64,000 nucleotides of DNA from Candidatus Kaiserbacteria bacterium (GCA_016217925.1 JACRFK010000003.1:143656-207655); one strand, 5' to 3'; shown: positions 7,543 through 16,835, counted from the first letter of the stretch. Notes: a model not told the origin generated them from the letters alone. A program made the numbers and translations.

Positions 7543-10287
7543 TTATTTAATCATCCTTTTCTTCAATGTGCGTTTCAAGTAGTATCCCGTATGCGAGCCG
7601 TCGGTCTTTGAGACTTCTTCGGGTGTGCCCTTTGCTACGATTTTTCCGCCTCCTGCTCCCCCTTCGGGCCCCATGTCGATGATGTAATCGGCGCATTTCA
7701 AGACGTCGAGATTGTGCTCGATAGCTATCACGGTATTGCCGCGTTCGACAAGCTTCTGGAGAATATCTACAAGCTTTGCGACGTCGTCATAGTGGAGTCC
7801 GACCGTCGGCTCGTCGAGCAGGTAGACGCTTTTTGTAATGAGCGGACGGTAGAGCTCGGACGCGATTTTCACGCGCTGCGCTTCTCCGCCGGAGAGCGTC
7901 GTCGCACTTTGACCGAGTTCCAGATATCCGAGCCCGACGTCAATAAGGCTTTGCATTCTATCGGATACCGCAGGTATATCTTCGAAAAACGCGTACGCTT
8001 CCTCGACGGTCATGGAGAGCACATCGTGAATACTCTTTTTCTTGTACTTCACTTCGAGCGTCTCCTTCATAAAGCGCTTCCCGTTGCACACATCGCAGGT
8101 CACGTACACGGTCGGCAAAAAGTGCATCTCGACTGCGACAAGCCCATTGCCTTGGCATGCCTCGCACCGTCCGCCTTTCACGTTGAAAGAGAAGCGCCCG
8201 GGCCCCCAACCGCGCGCCCGCGCCTCTTCGCTCATGGCAAACATGTCGCGGATATGTGTCCACGCCCCCGTGTAGGTCGCTGGATTGCTGCGCGGGGTGC
8301 GGCCGATTGCGGATTGGTCTATCAAAATCGCCCGCCCGAGGTACTCGGTGCCCGAGAATTCTTTTGCGTTGTAGATTTTGGCGGTGCGATATCGTTTGTC
8401 GAAACGCGCCTGCAAATTGCGGTGAAGGATTTCGTAGAGAAATGTAGACTTTCCCGAGCCGGAAACACCCGAAACAACGACAAACTTTCCGAGCGGTACA
8501 TCCACGTTGAGATTTTCGATATTGAACTTCCCCGCGCCGCGTATTTTGATCTTGCCTCGGTCGGCGGTACGTCGCGTTTCGGGAATCTCAATCCTTATTT
8601 CATCCCTCAAATATTGCAACGTCCGTGAGACGTGCGCGCCTGCCCCGTAGGAAGCTTTGCTTTCCTTCGGGGAGCCGGATTTGTTGGTTTTAGCGGTGAG
8701 CAAGTCTTCAAGCCACCCATCCACAACCACTTCCCCGCCGTGTACGCCCGCACCGGGGCCGAGGTCAACGATGTAATCCGAAGCAAAAATGGTGTCTTCG
8801 TCGTGTTCAACGACGAGAACGGTGTTGCCGAGGTCGCGTAAGTGTTTCAACGTCTCGATGAGCTTGTCGTTGTCGCGCTGATGCAAGCCGATTGTCGGCT
8901 CGTCGAGCACATAGAGCGCGCCCACAAGCCCCGAGCCGAGCTGTGAGGCAAGCCGGATGCGTTGCGCCTCACCGCCCGACAAGGTATTCGCCTTTCTATC
9001 CAGCGTCAGGTATTCGATGCCCACATTGAGCATGAACTGCAGGCGCGAAGTTATCTCCTTGATGACAACGCGGGAAATGTCTTGTTCTTTTTTCGTGAGT
9101 TTCAGTTTGTTGAAAAAGTCCATCGCATCTTCGATTGAAAGGGACGAGAGATGTACGATGTTCATGCCCGTGGCCGGACCGTCGTTACTCTCCGGTTGCT
9201 TCACGTGTCCGAGAAATACATTTAGTGTTTCCGGTCGAAGACGCGCGCCCTCACAGACGTCGCATGCCTCATCGCCAAAGAAATATTTCGTCCCCAACCC
9301 TTTGCACTCCGGGCACGCGCCGTAGGGTGAGTTGAAGGAGAAGAGGCGCGGTTCAATTTCAGGAAATGAAAAGCTGTCGTACGGACACATGAATTTGGCC
9401 GAGACGATACGGGACTCCCCCGCCGCGTCGGTAATTTTTACCAATCCTTCGCTCTCGTGCAGCGCGCGCTCGATAGCCTCCGATGCGCGCTCATGCGCGG
9501 CTTTGGCGTCGTCCGCAAATTCAGAGACGAATATTTCGTCAACGACAATATCAATGTCGTGCTTGAAATGCTTCTTGAGGTCGACGCGCTCGCGGAGTGA
9601 CTTTTCCTCACCGTCTATAACGGCCTTCTCGTACCCTTTGTTGAGCATGTCGTAAAGGAGCTGGTAGTATTCTCCTTTCCGACCAACTACCACGGGAGAC
9701 GATATCCGTATCTTCGCTCCTGAAACTCCCGCTGTCAGCTTTCCTTTTCCCCGAGAACCGACCTCTGTGCTTTTCCCCGAGGTCGGTTCTCTGTGCTTTC
9801 GAGCCGCTTCGACGATGGAAAGCACCGATTCCAGTATCTCTTCGTTGGAAAGTTTGCGGACCTCACGGCCGCAAATCGTGCAGTGCGGCTTGCCCACACG
9901 CGCGTACAGCACGCGGAGGTAGTCGTAAATCTCGGTGATGGTCGCGACCGTCGAGCGCGGGTTGTTGGAGCGGGATTTTTGGTCTATTGAAATTGCGGGT
10001 GAAAGTCCCGTTATCTCGTCCACATCGGGCTTTTGCATTTGGCGTAAAAACTGCCTTGCGTATGCGGAAAGCGATTCCACGTACTTGCGCTGGCCCTCGG
10101 CAAAAATGGTATCAAAAGCAAGCGAAGACTTCCCGCTTCCGGAAAGCCCCGTGAAAACGACCATCTTGTTGCGTGGTATCTCAACACTGATGTTCTTCAG
10201 GTTGTGTGTCCGCGCCCCTTTGATGACGATTTTACCTGCCCCGACCGTAGCGTCGGGGTCTGAACCTTGTCTTCTTGAATTTGGCAT
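7543..10287 (-). CDS. uvrA: Excinuclease ABC subunit A
   Basis: Two ABC ATPase modules with zinc-finger insertions and conserved UvrA blocks throughout. The listed ORF extends to 10473, but the conserved N-terminus begins at MPNSRRQG...[15 protein letters not shown], so the start is probably near 10287. Confidence 0.9.
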   Translation of the reverse strand: MPNSRRQGSDPDATVGAGKIVIKGARTHNLKNISVEIPRNKMVVFTGLSGSGKSSLAFDTIFAEGQRKYVESLSAYARQFLRQMQKPDVDEITGLSPAISIDQKSRSNNPRSTVATITEIYDYLRVLYARVGKPHCTICGREVRKLSNEEILESVLSIVEAARKHREPTSGKSTEVGSRGKGKLTAGVSGAKIRISSPVVVGRKGEYYQLLYDMLNKGYEKAVIDGEEKSLRERVDLKKHFKHDIDIVVDEIFVSEFADDAKAAHERASEAIERALHESEGLVKITDAAGESRIVSAKFMCPYDSFSFPEIEPRLFSFNSPYGACPECKGLGTKYFFGDEACDVCEGARLRPETLNVFLGHVKQPESNDGPATGMNIVHLSSLSIEDAMDFFNKLKLTKKEQDISRVVIKEITSRLQFMLNVGIEYLTLDRKANTLSGGEAQRIRLASQLGSGLVGALYVLDEPTIGLHQRDNDKLIETLKHLRDLGNTVLVVEHDEDTIFASDYIVDLGPGAGVHGGEVVVDGWLEDLLTAKTNKSGSPKESKASYGAGAHVSRTLQYLRDEIRIEIPETRRTADRGKIKIRGAGKFNIENLNVDVPLGKFVVVSGVSGSGKSTFLYEILHRNLQARFDKRYRTAKIYNAKEFSGTEYLGRAILIDQSAIGRTPRSNPATYTGAWTHIRDMFAMSEEARARGWGPGRFSFNVKGGRCEACQGNGLVAVEMHFLPTVYVTCDVCNGKRFMKETLEVKYKKKSIHDVLSMTVEEAYAFFEDIPAVSDRMQSLIDVGLGYLELGQSATTLSGGEAQRVKIASELYRPLITKSVYLLDEPTVGLHYDDVAKLVDILQKLVERGNTVIAIEHNLDVLKCADYIIDMGPEGGAGGGKIVAKGTPEEVSKTDGSHTGYYLKRTLKKRMIK

Positions 10288-10400
10288 ATATAGTTCCGAC
10301 CCCCGCTTTGCGCTAGGGGTTAGTATGGGGGATTGTATCAGAAACAGGAAGGGACCGCGATGTGCGGCCCCACTCCACTTTTCATTCTCCGACGCGGCGA

Positions 10401-10763
10401 TCATTCCGGCGTGGACAGCGCAAGCTTGTGCCACGGGATGACGTGACTTCTTCCACGCAGGAAGACGATGCATCCTTCCTCGCCTTCGTGATAGTTGCGC
10501 CGGCGATGTTCGTAGTCCTCCCGGTCGGGCACCCTCCCGACGAGAGCGGCCGGAAAATTTTCGTGCATGTACAGCAGATAGACTTTCTCGCCGTACGGCG
10601 GTCCATCCGAGCCCGTAAGGGCACGGGGGTCCGAAGGCGGGGGCGTAAATCGATAGTCGGCCGCACTGCGATTCCTTGCTGCACGACGACCGCGACCCGA
10701 ACGTCCGGCATCCGCATAGAAGTTACCCAAACCTGTCGATCTTCTCATGACACAACCCTCCAA
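10401..10763 (-). CDS. Hypothetical small protein, about 120 aa, Arg-rich N-terminus
   Basis: GGAGGG sits 7 nt upstream of the ATG at 10763. It lies downstream of the terminator of the 335-aa gene. An extended -10 TGaTACAAT for uvrA lies beyond it. Sequence is GC-rich and shows no recognisable domain. Confidence 0.35.
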   Translation of the reverse strand: MEGCVMRRSTGLGNFYADAGRSGRGRRAARNRSAADYRFTPPPSDPRALTGSDGPPYGEKVYLLYMHENFPAALVGRVPDREDYEHRRRNYHEGEEGCIVFLRGRSHVIPWHKLALSTPE

Positions 10764-10827
10764 GTCGCTCCATGCGACTGAACCGTAAGCACCCTACAAT
10801 AAGATGAACTCCCCGTAAAGGGAGTAG

Positions 10828-10873
10828 TAAATTGAAAACGAAACGGCGGCGGACCCCACGAGGGTCCACCGCC
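10828..10873 (-). terminator. Intrinsic terminator after the 335-aa gene
   Basis: GC-rich hairpin ggcggtggaccc / gggtccgccgcc, followed on the minus strand by GTTTCGTTTTC. Confidence 0.45.
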
Positions 10874-10932
10874 AGTTGCCAGTTGATTGAAGATCAGTTT
10901 TTTGTAGCTCCCGCAAGATGGGGCGACCCCAT

Positions 10933-11940
10933 TCACAGGTCGCGCTCCCTTGCCTTAGGATTTTGCGTAACACCGCCGGAGTGTCCAATGGTGCCAAGAC
11001 GCTCATAGTCGAGAGTGTCAAGATCCACGGGAACAAACACTCCATACTTGTCGATGAACGCATCGATCAGCTGCAAGGCTTGGGTGCAGCTTGCCGTCAT
11101 CCTGTAAATCTGGAAATTGCGGGCCTCCAGATCGGCGGCATCGCCGACGAAGATGATTTGCTTCATCGGCACGAGCGGCCATTGCAACCGCCGCCACCAG
11201 GACATGAATTTCCCGCGGAATCCTTTGGGAATTTCATTCTTGGATAGAGATGCCTTTTCAGGGGCTAAAGGCCATTGCAACTGGCGTCGCCAATGGAACT
11301 TCAGCCCCACGTCGGTTCCGTTCGGCCCGCCCTGCTTCACATGAAGCCGGGCGAACCCTGCGTAGTAGATCTTGTCGTTCAGGCCAGCAGCAACAACTGC
11401 ATGTCGCATCTGCGGGTAGACGAGCAAGGCAAAGTCGCTGAACCGATTTCTCAAGACGAAATCCTCAGCGAAGATTTGAGCCCTGAAAGTCGCGGCAAGT
11501 TTCCCAGGACCCGCCGCCCACTCGATGATGCGACAAAGCATTTCGGCATCTTCGACGCGATATTCGTCGCCTTGCACCGCGGTGACACTGGCTGGTTTTC
11601 GACCCATCCAGTGCCGGAAGCTAACGCGGTAGTCGACCGACTCCTTGGCGGGACTTGTGAGCAAACACCTCCAAATATAAAGAATCTGGGATGTGAAGTG
11701 TCTGAAGAAGTCGTCGCCGGTGAAGTCGGGGGTTGCGCGAAGTCGGATGGCCTGCGAAAGGCGGTCCCGAATTGCCGTCGCCGTGATACGTTGGATCGCA
11801 ACTTTGGCGACATATTCGGGGCCGGTTAAACAAGCCGGTGTTGACGACGTTTCGTAGAACTTTGCTTGGATGGCTTCAGCGAAACCGGACGACGAAGTGA
11901 TTGGCCCTTTCGCCAGATCCCTCATTAGGTTTTGAATCAT
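10933..11940 (-). CDS. Hypothetical protein, 335 aa, with an internal tandem duplication (possible R-x4-H motif, unverified)
   Basis: No recognisable family. The protein repeat WRRQLQWPLAPEK... / WRRLQWPLVPMK is encoded by a 93-nt tandem duplication at 11177-11310. It has its own consensus promoter and terminator. Confidence 0.6.
   Translation of the reverse strand: MIQNLMRDLAKGPITSSSGFAEAIQAKFYETSSTPACLTGPEYVAKVAIQRITATAIRDRLSQAIRLRATPDFTGDDFFRHFTSQILYIWRCLLTSPAKESVDYRVSFRHWMGRKPASVTAVQGDEYRVEDAEMLCRIIEWAAGPGKLAATFRAQIFAEDFVLRNRFSDFALLVYPQMRHAVVAAGLNDKIYYAGFARLHVKQGGPNGTDVGLKFHWRRQLQWPLAPEKASLSKNEIPKGFRGKFMSWWRRLQWPLVPMKQIIFVGDAADLEARNFQIYRMTASCTQALQLIDAFIDKYGVFVPVDLDTLDYERLGTIGHSGGVTQNPKARERDL
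11177..11310. repeat. 93-nt intragenic tandem duplication, 1.4 copies
   Basis: ggccattgcaaccgccgccaccagg... is repeated as ggccattgcaactggcgtcgccaatgg... Confidence 0.6.
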
Positions 11941-12027
11941 AGCCCCTTGTTTCCTCTACTGGGGTTGCACTGATTGTGGGCTACGCACTCACGCTTACTG
12001 TTACGCTACACTACAATATTAACAGCT

Positions 12028-12059
12028 AGTATAATGCCTCTTTAAAGCTCATTTGTCAA
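12028..12059 (-). promoter_or_regulatory. Sigma70 consensus promoter, TTGACA-18-ATTATA, for the 335-aa gene
   Basis: Reverse complement reads ttgacaaatgagctttaaagaggcattatact. It lies in the 125-nt gap between the murB stop and the gene start. Confidence 0.5.
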
Positions 12060-12065
12060 CTTCGG

Positions 12066-12986
12066 TCAGAGGACAGCGGCTTCCTCGTGAAGCTCGACGC
12101 CAAATTGCGATTTGACCGCCTCTTTTACCTCTTCCGCAAGCTGTCTGACATTCTCAGCCGTGGCATTTCTTTGGTTCACGAGGTAATTTGGATGTTGGAG
12201 CGATGCTATTGCGCCGCCTACCGTCGCGCCTTTCATGCCCGCCTTTTCGATAAGCCAACCCGCGGGGACTCTTCCCTCGCGGGATTTCGTCTGCTTTTCA
12301 CGCTCGAACATTGCGACGATTTCCGCGGGCGCCGTGGGATTCATAAAGTAGGAACCAGCAGCACGCACATTCTGCAAATGCCGTCTTTCCCGCTCTGCAA
12401 TAGTTTCGTCGGCGAGTTTTGCGCTCACTGTGGGGTCAACTTTTTCAAGGCGGATAAAGACGCGTGTGATTATCCATTCCGGATGGTCTTTGAAAAAGCT
12501 GTGGCGATATGAAAAATCACATTCTTGATTCACAAAATCTTTTATCTCGCCTGTTTCGGAATTGAGTGCACGTACATTTGTCACAAAATCTTTTATCTCC
12601 GGCCCGAACGCTCCCGCATTGCCGCGCACCGCCCCCCCGATAGTGCCCGGAATACCCGCGAGCTTCTCCCATCCACCCCAGCCCTGGGCACCAAGAGCCC
12701 GCATCGCCGAGAGGAGATTCGTCCCCGCCCACGAATCCACAGCGCCATTGTTGCAAGCATACAGGTCACCGCGAAGCCTCACGACGAGCGCGTCGATTCC
12801 TTCGTCGGGTATGAGCACGTTGCTCCCGCCGCCGAGAATTACAACTCTGAGTTTATTGTCTGCCGCCCACGCGAGCGCCTCGCGGATATCCGCCTCCGTG
12901 CGCACGCTCAGCAAATATTTTGCAGGCCCCCCAATCTCAAAAGTTGTAAGGGAAGCAAGTAGGACGTTTTCTTTGACCTTCTGCAT
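12066..12986 (-). CDS. murB: UDP-N-acetylenolpyruvoylglucosamine reductase
   Basis: FAD-binding MurB N-terminus LLASLTTFEIGGPAKYLL and C-terminal domain. The start MQKVKEN lies 1 nt after the uvrB stop, so the two are probably co-transcribed. Confidence 0.85.
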   Translation of the reverse strand: MQKVKENVLLASLTTFEIGGPAKYLLSVRTEADIREALAWAADNKLRVVILGGGSNVLIPDEGIDALVVRLRGDLYACNNGAVDSWAGTNLLSAMRALGAQGWGGWEKLAGIPGTIGGAVRGNAGAFGPEIKDFVTNVRALNSETGEIKDFVNQECDFSYRHSFFKDHPEWIITRVFIRLEKVDPTVSAKLADETIAERERRHLQNVRAAGSYFMNPTAPAEIVAMFEREKQTKSREGRVPAGWLIEKAGMKGATVGGAIASLQHPNYLVNQRNATAENVRQLAEEVKEAVKSQFGVELHEEAAVL

Positions 12987-12987
12987 A

Positions 12988-15051
12988 TTATTTCTTCTTT
13001 CTGTTTTTCTCCTCCAGCTTCTGTATTTCATCACGAATAAGCGCGGCTGTCTCGAAATCAAGTTTGTCAGCCGCTTCGTGCATCTGATTGCGCTTGTCTT
13101 TTATGAGCTTCCTGATGTCCCCTCCGTATGCAGCTTTATCCATCTCCGCAAGCTCGCTCACCGCGCGCTTGCGGCTTCGCTCGATGTCGCCAACGATGTC
13201 GTGAATGCGTTTCTCTATCGTCTTCGGCGTGATGTGATGTTTTTTGTTGTACGCCTCCTGTATCGCACGCCGCCTGTTGGTCTCGCCTATCGCACGCCCC
13301 AAGGAGCCCGTCATCAGATCGGCGTAAAGAATGACGCGGCCCCTGACGTTCCTCGCCGCGCGACCGATAGTCTGGATGAGCGAAGTGTCACTGCGCAAAA
13401 ATCCCTCTTTATCAGCGTCTAGAATTGCGACCAGTTCGACTTCCGGCAGGTCCAAGCCTTCACGCAACAAGTTCACGCCGACGAGCACGTCGAAGGTTCC
13501 TTTGCGGAAATCGGTAAGGATTTCGATGCGGTCAATAGTTTTCACATCACTGTGCACGTAGCGTGCTTTTATTTTCTTCTCGACGAGGAACTGCGTGAGG
13601 TCTTCCGCCATCTTTTTGGTCAGCACCGTCACCATGGAGCGCGCACCGCTTTTCGTCACCGCTTCGGCTTCTGCAATAAAATCTTTGACCTGCCCTTCAT
13701 AATCCGTGCCACTTACGATGGGGCGGACGACAATTTGCGGATCGACGAGGCCCGTCGGGCGGATCACCTGGGAAATCGGCTCGCCGCTGTGTTCGAGCTC
13801 AAATTTGCCCGGAGTCGCCGAGGTGTAGATGGTTTGTCCTGTGCGCTCCTGAAATTCAGCAAAGTTGAGCGGACGGTTGTCGACGGCACTCGGAAGCCGG
13901 AAACCGTGTTCGACGAGCGTATCCTTGCGCGCCCGATCTCCCGCATACATACCACCGATCTGCGAGACGGTCACGTGCGATTCGTCAATGACGGTGAGGA
14001 AACCTGCCCCGTTAGAGGCGATGCCTCTAACGGGGTCCGGAAATAACTTTGCACAGGCGTGAAAGTAATCAATCAAGGTATACGGCGGCTCCCCGGGCTT
14101 TCGCCTGTCGAAATGACGCGAGTAGTTCTCGATACCGTTGCAAAATCCGAATTCGCGTATCATCCCTATGTCCTGGCGCGTGCGACGTTTGAGACGCTCA
14201 GCTTCAAGGATTTTCCCTTCGCCGTTGAATTTCTTAAGTTGTTCCGCAAGTTCAATTTCAATATCCGCAAGCGCCGCCTCCAACACATCTTTGGGGGTTA
14301 CGTACTGACGTGCGGGAAAAATAAACATTGCATCGTGCTTCGCACCCAGTTTGCGCGTCATCGCGTCCACTTCCTCGATTTTCGCGATTTTTCCGCCCGT
14401 GAGGTCGACGCGGTAGATGACGCGTTCGCTCGCGGGCATGATCTCAACGGTAGCGCCAAGCGCACGAAATGTCCCCGGCGAAAGCTCGCCCGCGGTGCGC
14501 TCGAAATAGATAGAGACGAGTTTGCGCGACAGGTGGCTGCGCGTCATCTGTTCGCCCTTCGTCAGTTTGAGATTTACTTTTTGATATTCGATAGGGCTGC
14601 CTAAACCGTAGATGCAGGAGACGGATGCGACGACGATGACGTCCTTGCGCGTGAGGAGGGCCTGTGTCGCTGCGTGCCGCAGGCGTTCGATGTCTTCATT
14701 TATCATCGCTTCCTTCTCGATATACGTATCAGTAACCGGCATGTACGCTTCCGGCTGGTAGTAATCGTAGTAGGAGACGAAATAATGCACCGCGGCGTCG
14801 GGAAAGAAATCGCGGTACTCGGCGGCGAGCTGCGCCGCGAGTGTTTTGTTGTGCGCGATGACGAGCGTCGGTCTCTGCACTTTTTCAACGACATTGGCAA
14901 TGGTGAAGGTCTTGCCGGAACCTGTAACCCCCAAAAGCGTCTGGTCACGTGTACCCGTTTTCAGACTTTTTACGAGCGCAGAAATAGCCTCCGGCTGATC
15001 GCCGCCAGGCCGATAGTCGCTTTTTAGCTTGAATACGCCGCCTGATTTCAT
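12988..15051 (-). CDS. uvrB: Excinuclease ABC subunit B
   Basis: Helicase motifs (GVTGSGKTFT, DESHVT) and a C-terminal UvrB/UvrC interaction coil. Start is taken as ATG MKSGGVF at 15049-15051. The stop of the upstream uORF overlaps this ATG. Confidence 0.9.
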   Translation of the reverse strand: MKSGGVFKLKSDYRPGGDQPEAISALVKSLKTGTRDQTLLGVTGSGKTFTIANVVEKVQRPTLVIAHNKTLAAQLAAEYRDFFPDAAVHYFVSYYDYYQPEAYMPVTDTYIEKEAMINEDIERLRHAATQALLTRKDVIVVASVSCIYGLGSPIEYQKVNLKLTKGEQMTRSHLSRKLVSIYFERTAGELSPGTFRALGATVEIMPASERVIYRVDLTGGKIAKIEEVDAMTRKLGAKHDAMFIFPARQYVTPKDVLEAALADIEIELAEQLKKFNGEGKILEAERLKRRTRQDIGMIREFGFCNGIENYSRHFDRRKPGEPPYTLIDYFHACAKLFPDPVRGIASNGAGFLTVIDESHVTVSQIGGMYAGDRARKDTLVEHGFRLPSAVDNRPLNFAEFQERTGQTIYTSATPGKFELEHSGEPISQVIRPTGLVDPQIVVRPIVSGTDYEGQVKDFIAEAEAVTKSGARSMVTVLTKKMAEDLTQFLVEKKIKARYVHSDVKTIDRIEILTDFRKGTFDVLVGVNLLREGLDLPEVELVAILDADKEGFLRSDTSLIQTIGRAARNVRGRVILYADLMTGSLGRAIGETNRRRAIQEAYNKKHHITPKTIEKRIHDIVGDIERSRKRAVSELAEMDKAAYGGDIRKLIKDKRNQMHEAADKLDFETAALIRDEIQKLEEKNRKKK
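14007..14035. repeat. Perfect 29-nt palindrome CCCCGTTAGAGGC-GAT-GCCTCTAACGGGG inside the uvrB coding sequence
   Basis: It encodes DPVRGIASNG in frame. It lies within a roughly 17-aa insertion relative to E. coli UvrB (recalled from memory), between the conserved LIDY and VIDESH blocks. Confidence 0.7.
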
Positions 15052-15149
15052 ACACAACAATGAAATGAGTCCCGCCCCGTAGGAAGCTGCGCTTTCCTAC
15101 CGGGGTCGCCGGCGGGCTTGTAGGCCGCCTTCAGTTTGAACTTACTCAT
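15048..15149 (-). CDS. uORF or leader peptide, 33 aa, MSKFKLKAAYKPAGDPGRKAQLPTGRDSFHCCV, coupled to uvrB
   Basis: The N-terminus mimics the UvrB N-terminus FKLKSDYRPGGDQ. The TGA stop overlaps the uvrB ATG as ATGA. It contains the palindrome at 15075-15105. Confidence 0.5.
   Translation of the reverse strand: MSKFKLKAAYKPAGDPGRKAQLPTGRDSFHCCV
15075..15105. repeat. Palindrome CCCCGTAGGAAGC-TGCGC-TTTCCTACCGGGG, a diverged member of the GTTAGAGG family
   Basis: Inverted arms lie within the uvrB leader uORF. Confidence 0.5.
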
Positions 15150-15174
15150 CGGGACACTGTACAGGATTGGGCCC

Positions 15175-15215
15175 ATATAAAAAAGTCGGTCGGCGCCTCG
15201 CACGAGGCGCCGACC
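15175..15215 (-). terminator. Strong intrinsic terminator: 13-bp perfect GC stem followed by TTTTTTAT
   Basis: ggtcggcgcctcg / cgaggcgccgacc. On the minus strand it is followed by gacttttttatatgg. It lies between the tyrS 3' end and the uvrB leader. Confidence 0.55.
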
Positions 15216-15515
15216 AGTGCAAGACGGAACAGCTCTCGAGCGGCTGTCCTTATTGCTGCTGCGCGACGATCCGGGCGCACGGATCACTGCATACCCAGAC
15301 TTCCTTCTTCGACCCGCCTTCGCAGGTCATCGGAACCATCTTTCCCGTTCCAATTTTGAAGCGCCGACAACAGCGCGGCGCTTGGCAATACGAAACGGGT
15401 GTTTTGTCGTCTTCTTTGGTCGCCGACATTCACGGCCTCCTTGGCCATAGTTCGAGGTTGCGTTGGAACAAACAAGAGCATCGCGCAGGTACTGTATACG
15501 CCACATTTCCGTACG

Positions 15516-15551
15516 CGAAGCGGGTACTATATCCGCTTCGTTTAAATTTTC
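15516..15551 (+). terminator. Hairpin plus T-run oriented for the plus strand (cgaagcgg, 9-nt loop, ccgcttcg, TTTAAATTTTC)
   Basis: An 8-bp stem followed by a T-rich run on the plus strand only. It lies in the tyrS 3' flank and its function is uncertain. Confidence 0.3.
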
Positions 15552-15569
15552 AATATGGGCTGCTGTGGA

Positions 15570-16817
15570 TTACTTCAACATTAAAACACACACGTGCTTT
15601 TTGCCGCGTTTCAGGAGCGCTACGCCGTTGAAGAAATCTCCGGCTGCGAGCATGCTTTCTTCGTCGGTAACGACCTCTCCGTTCAAGTTGACGGCTTTAT
15701 CCTTGAGGAAAAGACGCGCCTCGCGCTTGGAGCTGGCAAGCTTGGCCCTTACAAGCACATCTACCAGCAGCTCACCTGTGCCGACTTCCTGCGATGGAGC
15801 AGAACTTTTCAACATCGAAAACGCGGTATCGTCGAGGTCTTTGAGGCCCGCGTCGTCGAAGAGTACGCTCGAAACTCTCTCCACGGTCTCCGCCGTCTCC
15901 GCTCCGTGCGCGAGCGTCGTGACCTCACGGGCCAAGAGATGCTGCGCGTGATGTTCCTTGTGGTCACGGCGATGCATTTCCATTACGGCCTCTATCTCCA
16001 TATCAGAAAGCAGAGTGAATATCTTGAGGTGGTCAACGACACTCTCATCGCTTACTCCGAGCCAGAATTGATAAAACGCGTACTGCGAGGTTTTTTCCGC
16101 GTCGAGCCAGACCGCATTGCCCTCGCTTTTGCCGAATTTCTTGCCGCTCGCTTTGTCGGTGATGATGGGGATGGTGAGCGCGTAGGCGGTCTTATTCTCC
16201 TTGCGCCGTATGAGCTCGACTCCGGCAACGATGTTGCCCCACTGGTCTGAACCGCCTATTTGTACGTCGCATTTATGTTTCTTGAACAAGTGCCAAAAGT
16301 CATACGCTTGCAAAAGCGGATACGAAAATTCGGTGAACGAGATGCCCTCATCGCTCTTCATACGCGCCGAGATGGCGTCTTTCTTGATGAGAGAATTGAC
16401 CGTGAAATATTTTCCCGTATCGCGCAGAAATGATATGAGGTCAAGTTTACCGAGCCAGTCGTGATTGTTGACGAGTTGCACTTCGATGCCGCCGAGTATC
16501 TTCTCCGCCTGTGCTTTGAGCTTCTGCGAACGCACGGTAATCTCCTCGATGCTCAAGAGCGGCCGCTCCACATCGGGCTTCGGGTCGCCTATCATGCCGG
16601 TGCCTCCCCCGATGAGAAGGATTACCTTGTGCCCTGCGTCGGCAAAGCGGCGCAGAAGCATGTACGCGGCCAAATTGCCCACATGTATTGAATCGGCCGT
16701 CGGGTCTACGCCGAGGTAAACAGTGCGCTTTTTGCCGTCTGTTATCTCTTCAAGAGTCTCAGAAGAATGCTGATATACGTACCCTCGCTCTTTCAAGATT
16801 TCCGACAGTTTTGCCAT
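15570..16817 (-). CDS. tyrS: Tyrosine--tRNA ligase
   Basis: Class I HIGH-like region DPTADSIHVGN, KMSKS-like KFGKSEGNAVWL, and a C-terminal S4-like domain. Confidence 0.9.
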   Translation of the reverse strand: MAKLSEILKERGYVYQHSSETLEEITDGKKRTVYLGVDPTADSIHVGNLAAYMLLRRFADAGHKVILLIGGGTGMIGDPKPDVERPLLSIEEITVRSQKLKAQAEKILGGIEVQLVNNHDWLGKLDLISFLRDTGKYFTVNSLIKKDAISARMKSDEGISFTEFSYPLLQAYDFWHLFKKHKCDVQIGGSDQWGNIVAGVELIRRKENKTAYALTIPIITDKASGKKFGKSEGNAVWLDAEKTSQYAFYQFWLGVSDESVVDHLKIFTLLSDMEIEAVMEMHRRDHKEHHAQHLLAREVTTLAHGAETAETVERVSSVLFDDAGLKDLDDTAFSMLKSSAPSQEVGTGELLVDVLVRAKLASSKREARLFLKDKAVNLNGEVVTDEESMLAAGDFFNGVALLKRGKKHVCVLMLK

Positions 16818-16835
16818 GCGGAAAATATACCATAC

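Noticed and set aside
10288-10473. N-terminal 62-aa extension of the uvrA ORF
   Set aside because: The conserved UvrA N-terminus begins at MPNSRRQG...[12 protein letters not shown]. The extension is unconserved and overlaps the small upstream ORF.
15157-15164. CTGTACAG near the uvrB leader as a LexA/SOS box
   Set aside because: The CTGT and ACAG halves are contiguous, with no N8 spacer, and no lineage-appropriate SOS consensus is matched. Treated as coincidence.
15167-15631. 154-aa plus-strand ORF between uvrB and tyrS
   Set aside because: It spans two opposed terminator hairpins and the tyrS 3' end, and has no coding-like features.
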